Shown here: positions 53,801 to 64,000 of the stretch, piece by piece
How positions within the stretch are numbered: position 1 is the stretch's first letter
Layout of the letters: the number at the start of each line of letters is the position of its first letter
DNA from: Mytilus californianus
Lineage: Eukaryota
DNA: 64,000 nucleotides
Direction: 5' to 3'
NCBI RefSeq assembly: GCF_021869535.1
Contig: NW_026262581.1
Location: 86,056,001-86,120,000, forward strand
Notes under the pieces: generated by a model
The model's input: only the letters and a program-made list of their open reading frames with translations
Databases searched by the model: none
Told to the model about the DNA's origin: nothing
Translations under genes and position numbers: made by a program

Positions 53801-56328
53801 AAGATATTATTTATATTTAGTCTGAATGTTCTACATATAACATGTTAATAGCTGACATTTTCATAATTTAGTTTCACTATAACATGCCTAACCTGATGGC
53901 CATAGGATTATTTTCACTATAACATGCCTAACCTGATGGCTATAGGATTAGTTTCACTATAACATGCCTAACCTGATGGCCATAGGATTAGTTTCACTAT
54001 AACATGCCTAACCTGATGGCCATAGGATTTGCTGGACCTGGATGTCCTCCCATTCTTAATCTTTTCTTCTGTTCTTCTAACTGTTCAAGAATTTTTCTGT
54101 TCTTTTGTTCTGGAAAATTTGATTACATTTTATATATACGTGTAATGTTAAGGTACCAATTACTTGTTTTTTTTCCGTACAAGTTCTGTAGAATATCAGC
54201 TGCAAGTGACAATAGGAAGGTTTTTGTTGAGAGAGTATAGAAAACAAATCCACCAAGCTGATTTGATTTCAAATATTTTATTTTCATAATTTGAAATGCC
54301 AAATGACAATATTTCAAATTAAAACATTACACAAATACTTAGTACATGTAGTTAACCTTGAATTCGAGTGATTGTAGATAAATCACTCTTAAACAGCTCC
54401 CTTTACATGTTTATCCAATGGGTATTACATGGCAGAGTAATAAATCCTTACCATCCTATTTTAATTTATGCTAACAATAGGATTCATTCTTAATTGAACT
54501 GCCTTTAGTGCACTGTATTGATAATCAACCTCATCTGGATGCAGTTGATGGACAGATAAATGAATTACTGCAAACAGAAACCTATGCAATTTAGTGTTAA
54601 GGCAAACAGAGCCAGCTTCTCATCTTGCATGTCTTACAAAGAACATTAAAATATATTTATTAACTGATGATATGATTTTCCAACAGAATCCAATTTAGTC
54701 TTACCCCTTTGTTTCAACCAAAAAATGAGAGAAATCAACTGTAATATTGGAATGATAGTTATTCTTTTTAGATTTGAGTACATATTATATTAGATCTCAC
54801 TTCAATAATATTCAAAACAAAATCAAAGCACCATCAAAACACTAAACCAGCTAATCTGACTTGACAACAAAAGCATGTTATCCTTGCATATATATAATTT
54901 ATACATTACATCATTTCTTTACAACTGTCAGTCAGGGGTACCACTTGTACAAGTTATTTTATTTACTTGAAGAAGTAAATAATGATATACTTATATAAGT
55001 AAATATTTTATATTCATATTTTCTTATAAAGTTTGAATAATCTCCCCTTAATTTTCTCAAAAAATTTACTTGTACTTATATAAGTAAATTTTGTTTACAA
55101 TCCCTAAAATTCTCAAGTTTTGAGATATAAAAACATGCCTTAAACAATTTTTCTTTGGTTAGCTCATAATTTTTTATTAGAGTTCAATGTTTCATCTCAT
55201 TAATTCAACAGAGAAACTATTTGCACAAAGATCTTCAGTAATTGCGCAAGGCCATCAAATATTGCCCCTTGGAGGCTTGTAAATGTGCAGTGTTTTGAAG
55301 ATAACAGACAAATGAGATTCTCATTGACCATGAAATTGCACGTCAATGGTTAGTAAAGACATCTGCAAAGGACAAACAATTAAAAATTCTATTAGAGCAA
55401 AGAAGTCCTGAGAAATTCAAGAAAAGAAGATAGTATGACTTTTTTACTTGTGTAAGTAAAAAAATCTGAATGTCTAAGCTGGGACTATTATACTAACAGT
55501 TAGTATAATAGTCCCAGGTCTAAGGGACATAACTAAGCCATTAAAATAACTTACCTATACAAGTAAATAAAATACACTTGTATAAGTATCTTACTTACAA
55601 AAGTATATTAATAAGGGACGAAGTCCCCTATAACGGTAGAAAAATCAATAAAAAAAAAAAAAAAAAAAAAAAAATCGGGGAAATTTCCTGAAATTTTCAT
55701 TCTACTAATGAACTCAAAATCGTTAACTTTTTTTAAAAATTTTTATTTTCAGACTTTTTTATTTTCCCGCATTTGCGCAGAAATCTACTTCCTTTTTCTG
55801 GTCTCGTTTGCATGAGTCTTTGAGTAAAATATATATTTATCAGTCTAGTAAAATATAGGAAGGAACGCAATACCAATTCCATTTTTAATAATTCCTTGAA
55901 TGGCTTGATATGAAAAAAACGTTACCTGATCGCGTTCCTTTGTTTACATTGAATATGACGTCATAACATAAATTAAATAACGTCACAACTAAAATCCCGA
56001 ACAACAGAACCGAAATTGGAAACGTAAGGGTATTTCCGTTTCTTTTTTAACAGATTTTGAAGTTAAAATATGTTTGAATTAAAAAAAAAATAATTCATAC
56101 AGACTTCGTCCCCTTTCACAGGTAACGCCTGCCTCATATTATTAACTTCTTCAAGTAAATAAATATAACTTGTACAAGTAGTACCCCTGACTGACTGTTT
56201 CATTCAAAGCAGTTGTAGAAGCTATCTATAGTTTGCAACCCTTCCCCTCGCTTTTTCAACTTTTCCCGTCGCTAATGATTGAAGTCCTAAGATATTTCTT
56301 TATTACGGTCACCTTGTCCCATAGACAT
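50719..56328 (-). CDS. INIP: SOSS complex subunit C (INTS3- and NABP-interacting protein), 103 aa, 5 coding exons
   Basis: join(56328..56313, 54109..54013, 52350..52305, 51640..51584, 50814..50719) = 312 nt: MSMGQEQKNRKILEQLEEQKKRLRMGG...AQRAALQHANANSFGYFITQDSSFGNLILPVIPRFKDV*. The C-terminus matches the INIP signature (human ALQHAHAHSSGYFITQDSAFGNLILPVLPR). Confidence 0.92.
51089..51366 (-). mobile_element. Short HINE-type element in an INIP intron
   Basis: Minus strand TTTTTATGCCCCCG head, (GTCC)n, GGGCATCCGTGTAC tail. Confidence 0.7.
51584..51640 (-). CDS. INIP: INIP coding exon 4 (STLVMETHNMTPAQRAALQ)
   Basis: Acceptor TTATTCTCAG, donor CAG|GTAC; AQRAALQ resembles human QQKAALQ. Confidence 0.85.
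52305..52350 (-). CDS. INIP: INIP coding exon 3 (STPPAVQQPALPANPS)
   Basis: Acceptor TTTTTAG, donor GTGAGT; phase 2 in, phase 0 out, fitting both neighbours. Confidence 0.7.
53871..54029. repeat. 40-bp tandem repeat x4 spanning the INIP exon 2 donor
   Basis: GTTTCACTATAACATGCCTAACCTGATGGCCATAGGATTA with exact 40-nt period. Confidence 0.95.
54013..54109 (-). CDS. INIP: INIP coding exon 2 (EQKNRKILEQLEEQKKRLRMGGHPGPANPMAI)
   Basis: Acceptor TTTTCCAG, donor AG|GTTAGG; NRKILE motif as in invertebrate INIP N-termini. Confidence 0.85.
54929..56193. mobile_element. 1.27-kb TIR element in INIP intron 1, with a nested HINE-like element and a micro-palindrome
   Basis: About 55-bp TIR CAGTCAGGGGTAC.ACTTGTACAAGTTAT...; ACTGT duplicated at 54924-28 and 56194-98; internal GGGACGAAGTC/GACTTCGTCCC sub-TIRs plus CAGG-TAACG-CCTG hairpin. 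Confidence 0.75.
56313..56328 (-). CDS. INIP: INIP coding exon 1 (MSMGQ + G)
   Basis: ATG at 56328; donor CAAG|GTGACC; phase 1 fits the next exon. Confidence 0.6.
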
Positions 56329-56536
56329 TGTAAGGATCTGATAGCACTGCCTTTTGGGCCCTTATTGATGTGATGTACAAAAAAATAAATCACCGCTTAC
56401 ACCGTTGAAAAATATTTTTCGCTCCTGTTAAAGCGGAAATGATTGGCTGTTATCTCACTATAGTCGAATCAGAGATAACTTAACATTTTCCCAATTTATA
56501 GCATATTTATAATATCGTAAGGAATATCAGAAAAAT
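56329..56536. promoter_or_regulatory. Putative bidirectional promoter and 5' UTRs between INIP and SNX30-like
   Basis: 208 bp between divergent ATGs; contains GCGGAAAT (ETS-like) and ATTGG (CCAAT box) around 56433-56446; minus-strand GTAAGC donor at 56400 suggests a non-coding INIP exon. Confidence 0.6.
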
Positions 56537-56662
56537 ATGGCAGATACAGGCTACAGTTCAGGCTCTAAAGATGAAGAAAACGACTCTCCTACGAAATCAG
56601 AGGAAAAAAGAGCTTTCAAAGACCCTTTGATCAGTGGTCTAGATGTCACAGACGATGCTGAT
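56537..56662 (+). CDS. SNX30: SNX30-like exon 1 ([18 protein letters not shown]...DDAD)
   Basis: ATG in AATATGG context; acidic leader; weak phase-0 donor GAT|GTTTGT. Confidence 0.65.
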
Positions 56663-59600
56663 GTTTGTTACTTCTCAGACTTTGCCATTTTCCTCAATTA
56701 TAATTTATGTTAATAAATGATGGGCGGATATTTACAAACTAAAGATGTTTACTCTAGCTTTATGTGTTATTAAATCATACCACAATTGAAATTATATTAG
56801 AATTTATGTATGGCATGGACAAATTTTAGTTGCCAATCATCTGTCTTTGTGTTTCTTTTGAAAATTAAACCTTTGCAATTAAGTTGCCCTGTTTATGATG
56901 TTTTGTGTTCTTTTCCACCATGAACACAGCAAAGTTTAAACTGTCCATACACTAGTTCTTTGTTGAAGTTTTTATTTGGAGCAAGGAACTGCATGGTTTT
57001 TATTGATTGCCCAAGGACATTTTGAGAACACCAATTTGCTGAGTTTTGTAATCAGTCAGAGATATAACTCTATAGGGTTATTACAGAAAATAACTTGCGT
57101 GTGTTATTACAGATACTTTCATGAGTTGTCTACTCTTTATTCCTTAAATTTTCTAAATCTGCAATAACATATGTTTGTTATTTGTAAAATAAATAAAAAA
57201 TATCTTAATTTATAATGGGCTCTAGGGAACTCTTTGAGACTTTGCGCAGAAACTAAATGCATAGCCTTGATAATTAATTTTCTAATTAAATTAATACATT
57301 TTTGATTAACCATGGTAAATCAATGAGACGAGGCTTTTAAGGGATAAAATTAGCTGTAATAACATAGCTTATTTATTAAAGGAATGTAACCTATTATATG
57401 AGACAGTTGGGAATTACTGGGAAGCTTGCGCAGAACCTCATTACATGCTCTGGTCATTATTTCTTACAATAAATTAAAATACATTGTAATTAAGCATGAT
57501 GTATGTCTGAGAAAATGTTTTGAAGTGATATAGAGAAGCTGTGATAACACCCTTTAGTTATTACAGGCATATTTTTTCTGTAATAACATATAGGTGTACT
57601 ATGCAAAATTGGCAAACTATGAACTGTTATATCTTTCTATAGTTAAGTATACATAAAGACAATAGTAATATCAATAGAACTTGTATGCATTTTAACTAAA
57701 CTAGTGATGTATATTGTCCCTTTGAAACATGTAACATACATATGTAATCACAGTTCTTTGATTTTTTAGTCCACAATAACAAATGTATGTTATTTTTCTG
57801 TAATAACCCTATAGAGTTATATCCCTGACTGGTAATACATTTGTAGTATGTAAATTTAAAGAAAATATCAAAATTTCAATAGAGCTGGCAAAATAGCAAA
57901 TTAACAGTTTTGGCAGCCCAGGTAGAAATATCATATTTTGTATTTTGCCGGCGCATTACCTAACTTATACAGGTTAAGCACAACCCACCAACATGACCAA
58001 ATTGTGAACTATAATCTAATAATCTGAAATGAAAATAAATTAGCTGAGTCTTTTTACTTAATGTTTATAATAAGGAATAGATAAATATGGCTGTGTTGAA
58101 GAGAATCTCTTTTAGTACAGACAAACCTGTGCACCTGGAAAAGTATTAATCATGGCTGGACCTAGATATATAAAAGTTAAATCCATTTTGTGGTTCAGAA
58201 ATTTTTTTGAAAAGTGTCATTTTACTTACGGAAGGTTTCCAATGGTTCTGTTGCCTATCCGTGTTAGTTTGTTTTTGGGTTTAAAAAAACCAATTATTAT
58301 GCCATGTCCATTTCAAATTAGACAGCAACCCAGTGAAACAAAAACAAAAAAACTTTAAAACATCCAGACATTACACATGGTATTAAGTAATAGATAAGTG
58401 CCTTTACGGTATATTAAGATCTTAACTGCCAAGTGTAACTGGGGTATAGGATCTTTTGGTCTTCTTTGGCAAACAAGTTTTGAGAAAGATGTTTAACACA
58501 CATCAAAATGCAAAATATAATCTGCAACTTAAATTTCTCTCCAGTTGTACGAAAATAACATTCCAAAGGATTGCTGTCTTATTTTTTGTATAAAAAAGGG
58601 CAGAACTCAGTAAGGCAGCTTGACATGTTGTGTTTATATTGGGTCCTTCATTATATACATTGTATTTGATAAAATTTGAAGAAAATGGTGGCATATTTCA
58701 CAAATTATTTGGTTTTTAAATGAATATTTGTTTACATTTAGCCATTTGCCAGATTTCAGGCCTAAATACAATCTGTCTTTTTTTTCTTTTCCAGATGGAG
58801 AGTTTAAGTTTGGATGCATCAGGAAAGTCTGACATCAGTGTTTCCAGAAGTTCTAGTCTTATAGCCAATTTAAGTCATTTTGAAGATGCAGAGGATGACA
58901 CACATGACCTATTTGTGCATGTTGACGACCCAGAAAAGCATACTGGTACTATGGAATCCTATGTTACATTTAGAGTTAATACTAAAGTATGTGTAGAATT
59001 CATTTTATATAAATTTGCTTTTGAAGACTATGAAAATATATAGTTTAAGGGTAAAATAAATCTACTTTTATATATCATAATTTTTTTTACTAAAATGTAT
59101 CATTTATGTGTTTTTAGTTTGAGTTTTTGTTATAATAAATAGTGTTATATTTAATATACATGTACATGTAACCCAGTGAAAATTAAAAAAAAATGACCTA
59201 ATATTACTCAAAGTTTCTTATTTCATCGGGAAATAATTCATTATACCTTTTTTTTTCTTTTTCTGAATCCTACAAATTTACAGAACAAAAGAAATTTTAA
59301 TTTTGTAGTCCCTTCAGAGTTTTCTATCAGGTCCACATTTTAAATTGTTGAAAATGAAGATATAAATGTGCAAGTGCATCTTATCTGTGTTGCACATTTT
59401 TTTCTTACATCAGACATTAATGAATGATCTGTGCTAAAATAGTTGTTTAAAGGTTTCAAATGTAATAGCCATCTTTGTGACCCAGATCAAGCCAAAATGT
59501 TTTGAGCAGATTCCTGGTCTGTCATTCTAAAACTATGTATGTTTTCTAATGAAATACATTAATTGAAACAGTTGAAAAACATTAGTGGGTTTGAGAAGTT

Positions 59601-62600
59601 TCAACATATGTTCTTGCCGATGTATTTTTGTATTTAAGGAGACAACTGTTTGACTATCAAAGAACATAGAAGTCAGAGTGAAAAAAGTGCATTTCTATAC
59701 CTGCGATTTCGTTCTTAAGGGGTTTCAACAAATTATTGAATCATGTCAGTTGTTGATTTAATATTGAAAATTTTACTGAATTATCTCTTATACGGTTTTA
59801 TGTTGTTTGATTCATGTTTCTTTTTGAAAGAGATCAAGTTGCTCGCTCTTGTTCATTCATAAAATTATCGTAAAATCAATACGCACGTTATAGTAATGTA
59901 ATCTCATCTTGCATTATTTGTTTTAAATTAATAGTAGCACAGTTTATGCGTTCTGATTACACTTACCATGTTTTTAATACATCCTTGAAATTATGGGCCC
60001 TGTTATTTATTAAGGGTTTCTTTAATTACTGTTGATACTGATAGACTCCACTCTGTAAACAAATGATATAATGACAGTGTCAAATGTCATAATGACCCTA
60101 ATGATCACCTGTAATTCCCTATGTTTACGTATCTAAAAATAGACAATCATAACTGACCTTAAAATGTTGTTTGAAACACATAACAATAAGTTCGTTTTCC
60201 TTTTTTTTTTATAATTCCGTAAGATTTATCATCTTATAGATGAAATGAACCCGTCCAAATGTGAAAGTCGCCAAGTTAAGAGTAAGAGATATTCACAAAC
60301 AATTTGGAATTTTCATGTTTCATAGATTGAAAAAAAGTTCGTCCATTTGGATATAAAAAACGTGAATGCATGACAAATGATGAAACTGATATCCTCGTCT
60401 TTCCAGTGGATGCGTCTACTTAGTTTTTGACACGGATCTGGTAAAGTCGATGTGTTTGCAATTTTATTTCACACGTTTTCGTGCTTGAAGTTTATTATTC
60501 ACCATGTTTCCTGAAAAGCAACGTGGAGCTGTTTTTTCTTGTTCGAGAAATGCAGATTTAATTTCATGTTTGTCCGTGATACCCCCCTTTTTCGAAATTA
60601 TATGATGATGGCATATATTGTATGTTTAAAACAGCTGAGCAATTATGTTTGGGACTAAGATTTAAGAAATGATGACAAAGGAGCATACCAAAAATATTGT
60701 TAGTAAGCTGAAATATATATTTATTTTTTACATATTTATAGATGTTTTGTAAGATTTTTTTTTTTCTGACCGACCAACCGGACTATTTCGTGTGAAAATC
60801 CGTAAACCAACAAATTAAAAAAACTCTGGCCTTAGTGATGAAAGGGGTAAAGCGTAAGCCAGTTCCCAGGTTAATCGACAGTTAATGTGCATTTCATGAA
60901 AATTTCAGAACTCTGTCCCATCTTCAAAATCTTTTATTGGTATGTATGAATGAATGATTCTTATTACAAAAAAACAATAGTTGGGTAGAACATTTGGGTC
61001 GCGAAAGTTGAATTCATCAACTGAATGGTTAAATTTAAACCAATTATGATATAATTAAAATTAAAATTAAAGCAATAAAGATAATGAAGCCAGGTGCATG
61101 GATTGTCATGTAAATTTTTTCCCAGAAATAAACACTCTACAAGGGGATAATCTATTATGATTTCTTCTGGAGTTATATGTTTCCACACATATATTTGCCT
61201 CCACAGTTAGCTGGGTAAACGTGTCGTCCCCCTGGGAAATGTAAAACATTGTAAAAATGACTTTCTGCTGGATAAGTCTTTTATTGATATAAAGTTAAAA
61301 CATCCTTACTTCTCACTAGAAAAGACTCCTGTCAGGTTTAATTCATTTACAAGTGGATAAAAATAAAAGTCACAAAAACATTAACTAGGCAGCAATTGCT
61401 TTAACAGCCTTTAAGGCTTTGATTTATATAGATTAGACCGTTGGTTTTCCTGTTTGAATTGTTTTACACTAGTCATTTTGGGGCCCTTTATAGCTTGCTG
61501 TTCGTTGTGAGCCAAGGCTCTGTGTTCAGTGAAGGCCGTACTTTTACCTATAATTGTTTACTTTTTATGCATTGTGACTTGGATGGAGAATTGTCTCTTT
61601 GGCACTCATACCACATCTTCTTATTTATATAAATTATGAAAATATTTGAGTATTTTGAAGTATTTCAGGGGAAACTCAAACAGGGTCTGTTATCAGCATG
61701 TAGGCATATTCAATTCCTAAATGGGATATGAAATTAGTGAAACTGAGATGTTTCTATTGCTTTAATTTACTTAGCAATTTCATGAGGGATTCAGGATTTT
61801 AGATAATTTATGAGTTCCAAAAATGTGATGCTTTATCAATCTCTTAAAATCTGTATAAAGTAAATTGGTTTATATATCATGTTTATGTTTGTTTTACAGA
61901 CTACTCGAAGTGAATATGATGACAGTGAATATTCAGTAAGAAGACGATATAATGACTTTTTATGGCTCAGACAGAGATTGGAGGAAACATACCCGACACA
62001 TTTGGTTCCTGTAAGTTTATGTCAATTTACTAAAGGCAATATCTGATGTTTATTGTTCACTACCTTGAAAATTATCTACCAAAACAAGACTTAAAAAAAA
62101 CCAAAAACAGTGAACTTTATAACTACATGCTAGAAATAGAATTTAAAATCATGCTTTTTATGCCCCCGCCGTAGCAGAGGGGCATTAAGTTTTACCCTTG
62201 TTCGTCTGTACGTACGTCCCAAAATTGGTTTCCGTTCTCAAACTTTAGTTTGCCTCAACCAAATGTTATTAAACTTATACACAATGCTTACTACCACAAA
62301 ACACAGATTGAGTTTGAATTTTGGTGGTGTTACTTTTAACTTTCTAGAGTTATGCACCTTTACAAATGGAAAAATTGCTGAATTTTTCGTTTCCGTTCTC
62401 TAACTTTAGTTTGCCTCAACCAAATGTTACTTATACTCAATGCTTATTACCACTAAACACAGATCAAGTACAAATTTGTAGCGTCACTTTTTTTATTTCT
62501 TGAGTTATATCTCTTTATAACGTAATATGCAAGCTGGGGCATCATCTGTGTCCCATGGACACATTCCCCATATATTATTGGTATATGATAGTTACTGTAA

Positions 62601-63968
62601 TGCAAATGAGAACTTTATTTTTCAGACAATCTTTCTTACACAGATGACCTCGTATCTGTGTTGTTTTAGCATTGAATATCATGCAATGATGATCCATAAA
62701 TATAAACAATTTGATACAAAATTAGATAGTTTTTACTTTTATGGCACAAAATGTTTTTTTAAATAAAAAGGATTATGGTTAAATTGGTGTACATGATTGA
62801 TTTGAATAATACAGCCACAGGAATTATGCATACTGTGGATTCATTAATATTCGTTTGGATACCAATTTTCGTGGATTTCGTGTGTACAGGGGAACCACGA
62901 ATTTAAATATTCAACAAATTACAAATTTTCTAAAGGAATGTATGCAAACTTTGCCAAAACAACGAAATTAAATATCCACGAAAATGCAAGTTTTCCTCAA
63001 TCCACGAAAATTGGTACCCACGAAAATAAATGAATCCACAGTATGGTTTAAATTGGTGTACAATCATTGCTTTACATATTGCAGCCACACAGATAATGGT
63101 TTAAATTTGTGTTCATTATTGATTTGAATATTGCAGTCACAATGATTACGGTTAAAATTGGTGTACATTATCATGATTATTGATTTAAATATTGCAGCCA
63201 CTAGGATTATGGTTTAAATTGGTGTACATTATTGATTTGAATATTGCAGCCACTCCCTGAGAAGCATAGTTTGAGAAGATTGGACCGTTTCAGCCCAGAA
63301 TTCCTGAGAGTAAGACAAGCAGCATTACAGAAATTTCTTAAACGCATAGCCGACCATCCTGTTTTGTCCTTTGATAAGAGTTTTCAAGTATTTCTTACAG
63401 CAAAAGCATGGGTATGTGTATGATAACTCATCTTATATATAATATTTCCCAATTAGAATGAGATAAAAACACATCATTAACAAATTAAAGTAAAAAATTA
63501 TGAATTATAAAAATCATTATGCTGATGAAAATAGTATGACTGTTCATAACAGTATTTTTGTGTTACCAGCGTGCTATTCTCAATTTTTAAGAGATTCCTG
63601 ATTAACCAGCAGATCAAGTTTCTTATGACCAGTTTACATTTATAGAATAACTTCAGAAACTTGGAAAAGAGTGGACAGATATTTAACTTTGTCACCTAAA
63701 TAAAATAACTATTGCTTGATTTTAATGTAAATAGTATATAGCAATTTACAAGCCCTCTGTATTCTGTTTCAGGAATTTCAAGCTTATAAGAAGCAAGGGA
63801 CTGGTTTATTAGGTAGAGTAACAGATTCATTACATAACATAAGTGCTTCATACATGAATAAGAACAGACCTCCAGAATTTGTTATCATGTATGACTATAT
63901 ACATGCCTTGTCAGAAAAGATTGGTGTTATGGACAGAATATGTCAGAGGGTTTCCAAAGAACAAGCCG
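56537..63968 (+). CDS. SNX30: Sorting nexin SNX7/SNX30 type (PX-BAR); first 5 coding exons, gene continues beyond the window
   Basis: join(56537..56662, 58795..58986, 61900..62010, 63250..63411, 63773..63968), frame-consistent. PX motifs [44 protein letters not shown]; then YKKQG and BAR start. Likely co-ortholog of vertebrate SNX7 and SNX30. Confidence 0.92.
58795..58986 (+). CDS. SNX30: SNX30-like exon 2 (start of PX domain)
   Basis: TTTTCCAG acceptor, AAA|GTATGT donor; [27 protein letters not shown]. Confidence 0.93.
61900..62010 (+). CDS. SNX30: SNX30-like exon 3 (PX: [37 protein letters not shown])
   Basis: TTTTACAG / GTAAGT; RRY..F.WL PX motif. Confidence 0.95.
62156..62575 (+). mobile_element. 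HINE-type element in SNX intron 3
   Basis: TTTTTATGCCCCCG head, two about 170-bp units, GGGGCAT sub-TIR, TGTGTCC-CAT-GGACACA hairpin. Confidence 0.7.
62770..63253. repeat. About 52-60-bp degenerate tandem repeat x5 ending in the SNX exon 4 acceptor
   Basis: Units TATGGTTTAAATTGGTGTACATTATTGATTTGAATATTGCAGCCAC. Confidence 0.85.
62833..63041. mobile_element. 209-bp MITE with TA target duplication (Tc1/mariner type)
   Basis: About 45-bp imperfect TIRs CTGTGGATTCATT...AATGAATCCACAG flanked by TA at 62831-32 and 63042-43. Confidence 0.85.
63250..63411 (+). CDS. SNX30: SNX30-like exon 4 (PLPEK...[26 protein letters not shown])
   Basis: ATATTGCAG / GTATGT; PX C-terminal motifs. Confidence 0.95.
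63773..63968 (+). CDS. SNX30: SNX30-like exon 5 ([16 protein letters not shown]...ERIC-type BAR start)
   Basis: TTCTGTTTCAG / G|GTAAAA; YKKQG.GLL.R motif. Confidence 0.92.
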
Positions 63969-64000
63969 GTAAAATATACTTTTTAGTTCACCTGTCCATG

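Overview
AT-rich, intron-containing animal genomic DNA. The repeat landscape (Helentron-type HINEs, tRNA-SINEs, Penelope-like elements) looks bivalve, most likely a Mytilus mussel; this is an inference from repeat families. Three protein-coding genes can be rebuilt from splice sites and motifs. (1) A minus-strand type II membrane copper amine oxidase (AOC family, 36583-40467) with one in-frame TAA just after the TPQ motif. (2) INIP/SOSS-C (minus, 5 coding exons, 103 aa, 50719-56328), absent from the ORF track. (3) A SNX7/SNX30-type PX-BAR sorting nexin (plus, from 56537, running off the window end), head-to-head with INIP with 208 bp between start codons. The first ~36 kb is mostly transposon relics and tandem repeats. 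Best leads: two minimal hammerhead ribozymes in Penelope-related elements; the INIP-SNX30 divergent pair, which matches the human arrangement as I recall it; tandemly duplicated splice sites in both genes; a 37-bp satellite with a trimeric higher-order repeat and an orientation flip; several 34-82 bp palindromic micro-insertions with target-site duplications (TSDs). No CRISPR, rRNA or true tRNA genes were seen.
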